A stretch of 64,000 nucleotides of DNA, taken from positions 2,426,756 through 2,490,755 of the forward strand of contig CAWEXJ010000002.1 in the NCBI GenBank assembly GCA_963813035.1, written 5' to 3'. Shown one piece after another: positions 63,921-64,000 of the stretch; position 1 is the stretch's first letter, and the number at the start of each line of letters is the position of its first letter. Made by a program: the position numbers and the translations under genes. Under the pieces are notes generated by a model. That model did no database searches. It was not told the origin of the DNA and saw nothing but the letters and a program-made list of their open reading frames with translations. This stretch comes from an uncultured Solirubrobacteraceae bacterium. GTDB lineage: Bacteria > Actinomycetota > Thermoleophilia > Solirubrobacterales > Solirubrobacteraceae.

Positions 63921-64000
63921 CGTTTTAGGCACCTCCGCGGAGCTTCCGGGCCCCGCGTATCGCATGTCATTTCGTCAGCGTTTGAGCTCTTCCTGCATTC

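Noticed and set aside
63975-64000. Possible 3' end of another minus-strand gene (...MQEELKR stop) at the window edge.
   Set aside because: Only 8 codons are visible, which is too short to support any call.

Overview
This is a very GC-rich 64-kb chromosomal window (GC judged by eye, not computed). Gene content and synteny fit a hopanoid-producing, deep-branching Actinomycetota-like organism of Thermoleophilia/Rubrobacteria type; the taxon is an inference. I can support about 64 protein genes, one fluoride riboswitch, and a few promoter, hairpin and repeat elements. I saw no tRNA, rRNA, CRISPR, IS or prophage signatures. Blocks in order:
- (1) 0-7.1 kb: antiporter fragment, ftsH, then a tight ppk2 / kinase-fusion / GCS2-ligase / thioesterase array.
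- (2) 7.3-12.7 kb: OmpR-type two-component pair plus a PDZ-less HtrA-like protease, then a ferric-reductase-like heme membrane protein, a Ser-rich anchored protein and ApbE.
- (3) 12.7-18.4 kb: GGDEF-EAL protein, dtd, HxlR/CMD pair, secreted S33 hydrolase.
- (4) 18.4-19.3 kb: fluoride riboswitch and two crcB genes.
- (5) 20.4-32.0 kb: one co-directional, largely translationally coupled minus-strand array of ALDH, two GT-C glycosyltransferases flanking a small Cys protein, and shc-hpnC-hpnD-hpnE-hpnG-hpnH.
- (6) 32-41.5 kb: EAL protein, SEDS and LCP cell-wall genes, RNase HI, two unknowns, a divergent EF-G paralog, WhiG/FliA sigma factor, XerC.
- (7) 41.6-45.7 kb: alpha/beta hydrolase and an ilvD operon with unknowns.
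- (8) 45.7-46.05 kb: a 362-bp gene-free region with a near-consensus promoter and stacked hairpins (candidate sRNA).
- (9) 46-60.4 kb: a Bacillus-like housekeeping string, yceD-rpmF-plsX-acpP-rnc-smc-ftsY-(NfeD-SPFH)-ffh-rpsP-KH-rimM-trmD-rplS-lepB-rnhB.
- (10) 60.5-64 kb: MFS transporter, acyl-CoA synthetase, coiled-coil protein.
No clear-cut novel system (such as a defence island) is visible. The most unexplained items are the GT-C module welded onto the hopanoid operon, the ferric-reductase/Ser-rich/ApbE trio, the candidate sRNA locus, the EF-G paralog that lacks the catalytic His, and the WhiG start-codon problem. All functional calls come from by-eye motif recognition on the supplied translations. 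No database search or folding computation was possible. The ORF track uses ATG/GTG/TTG starts and the longest ORF, so several starts were trimmed by hand.
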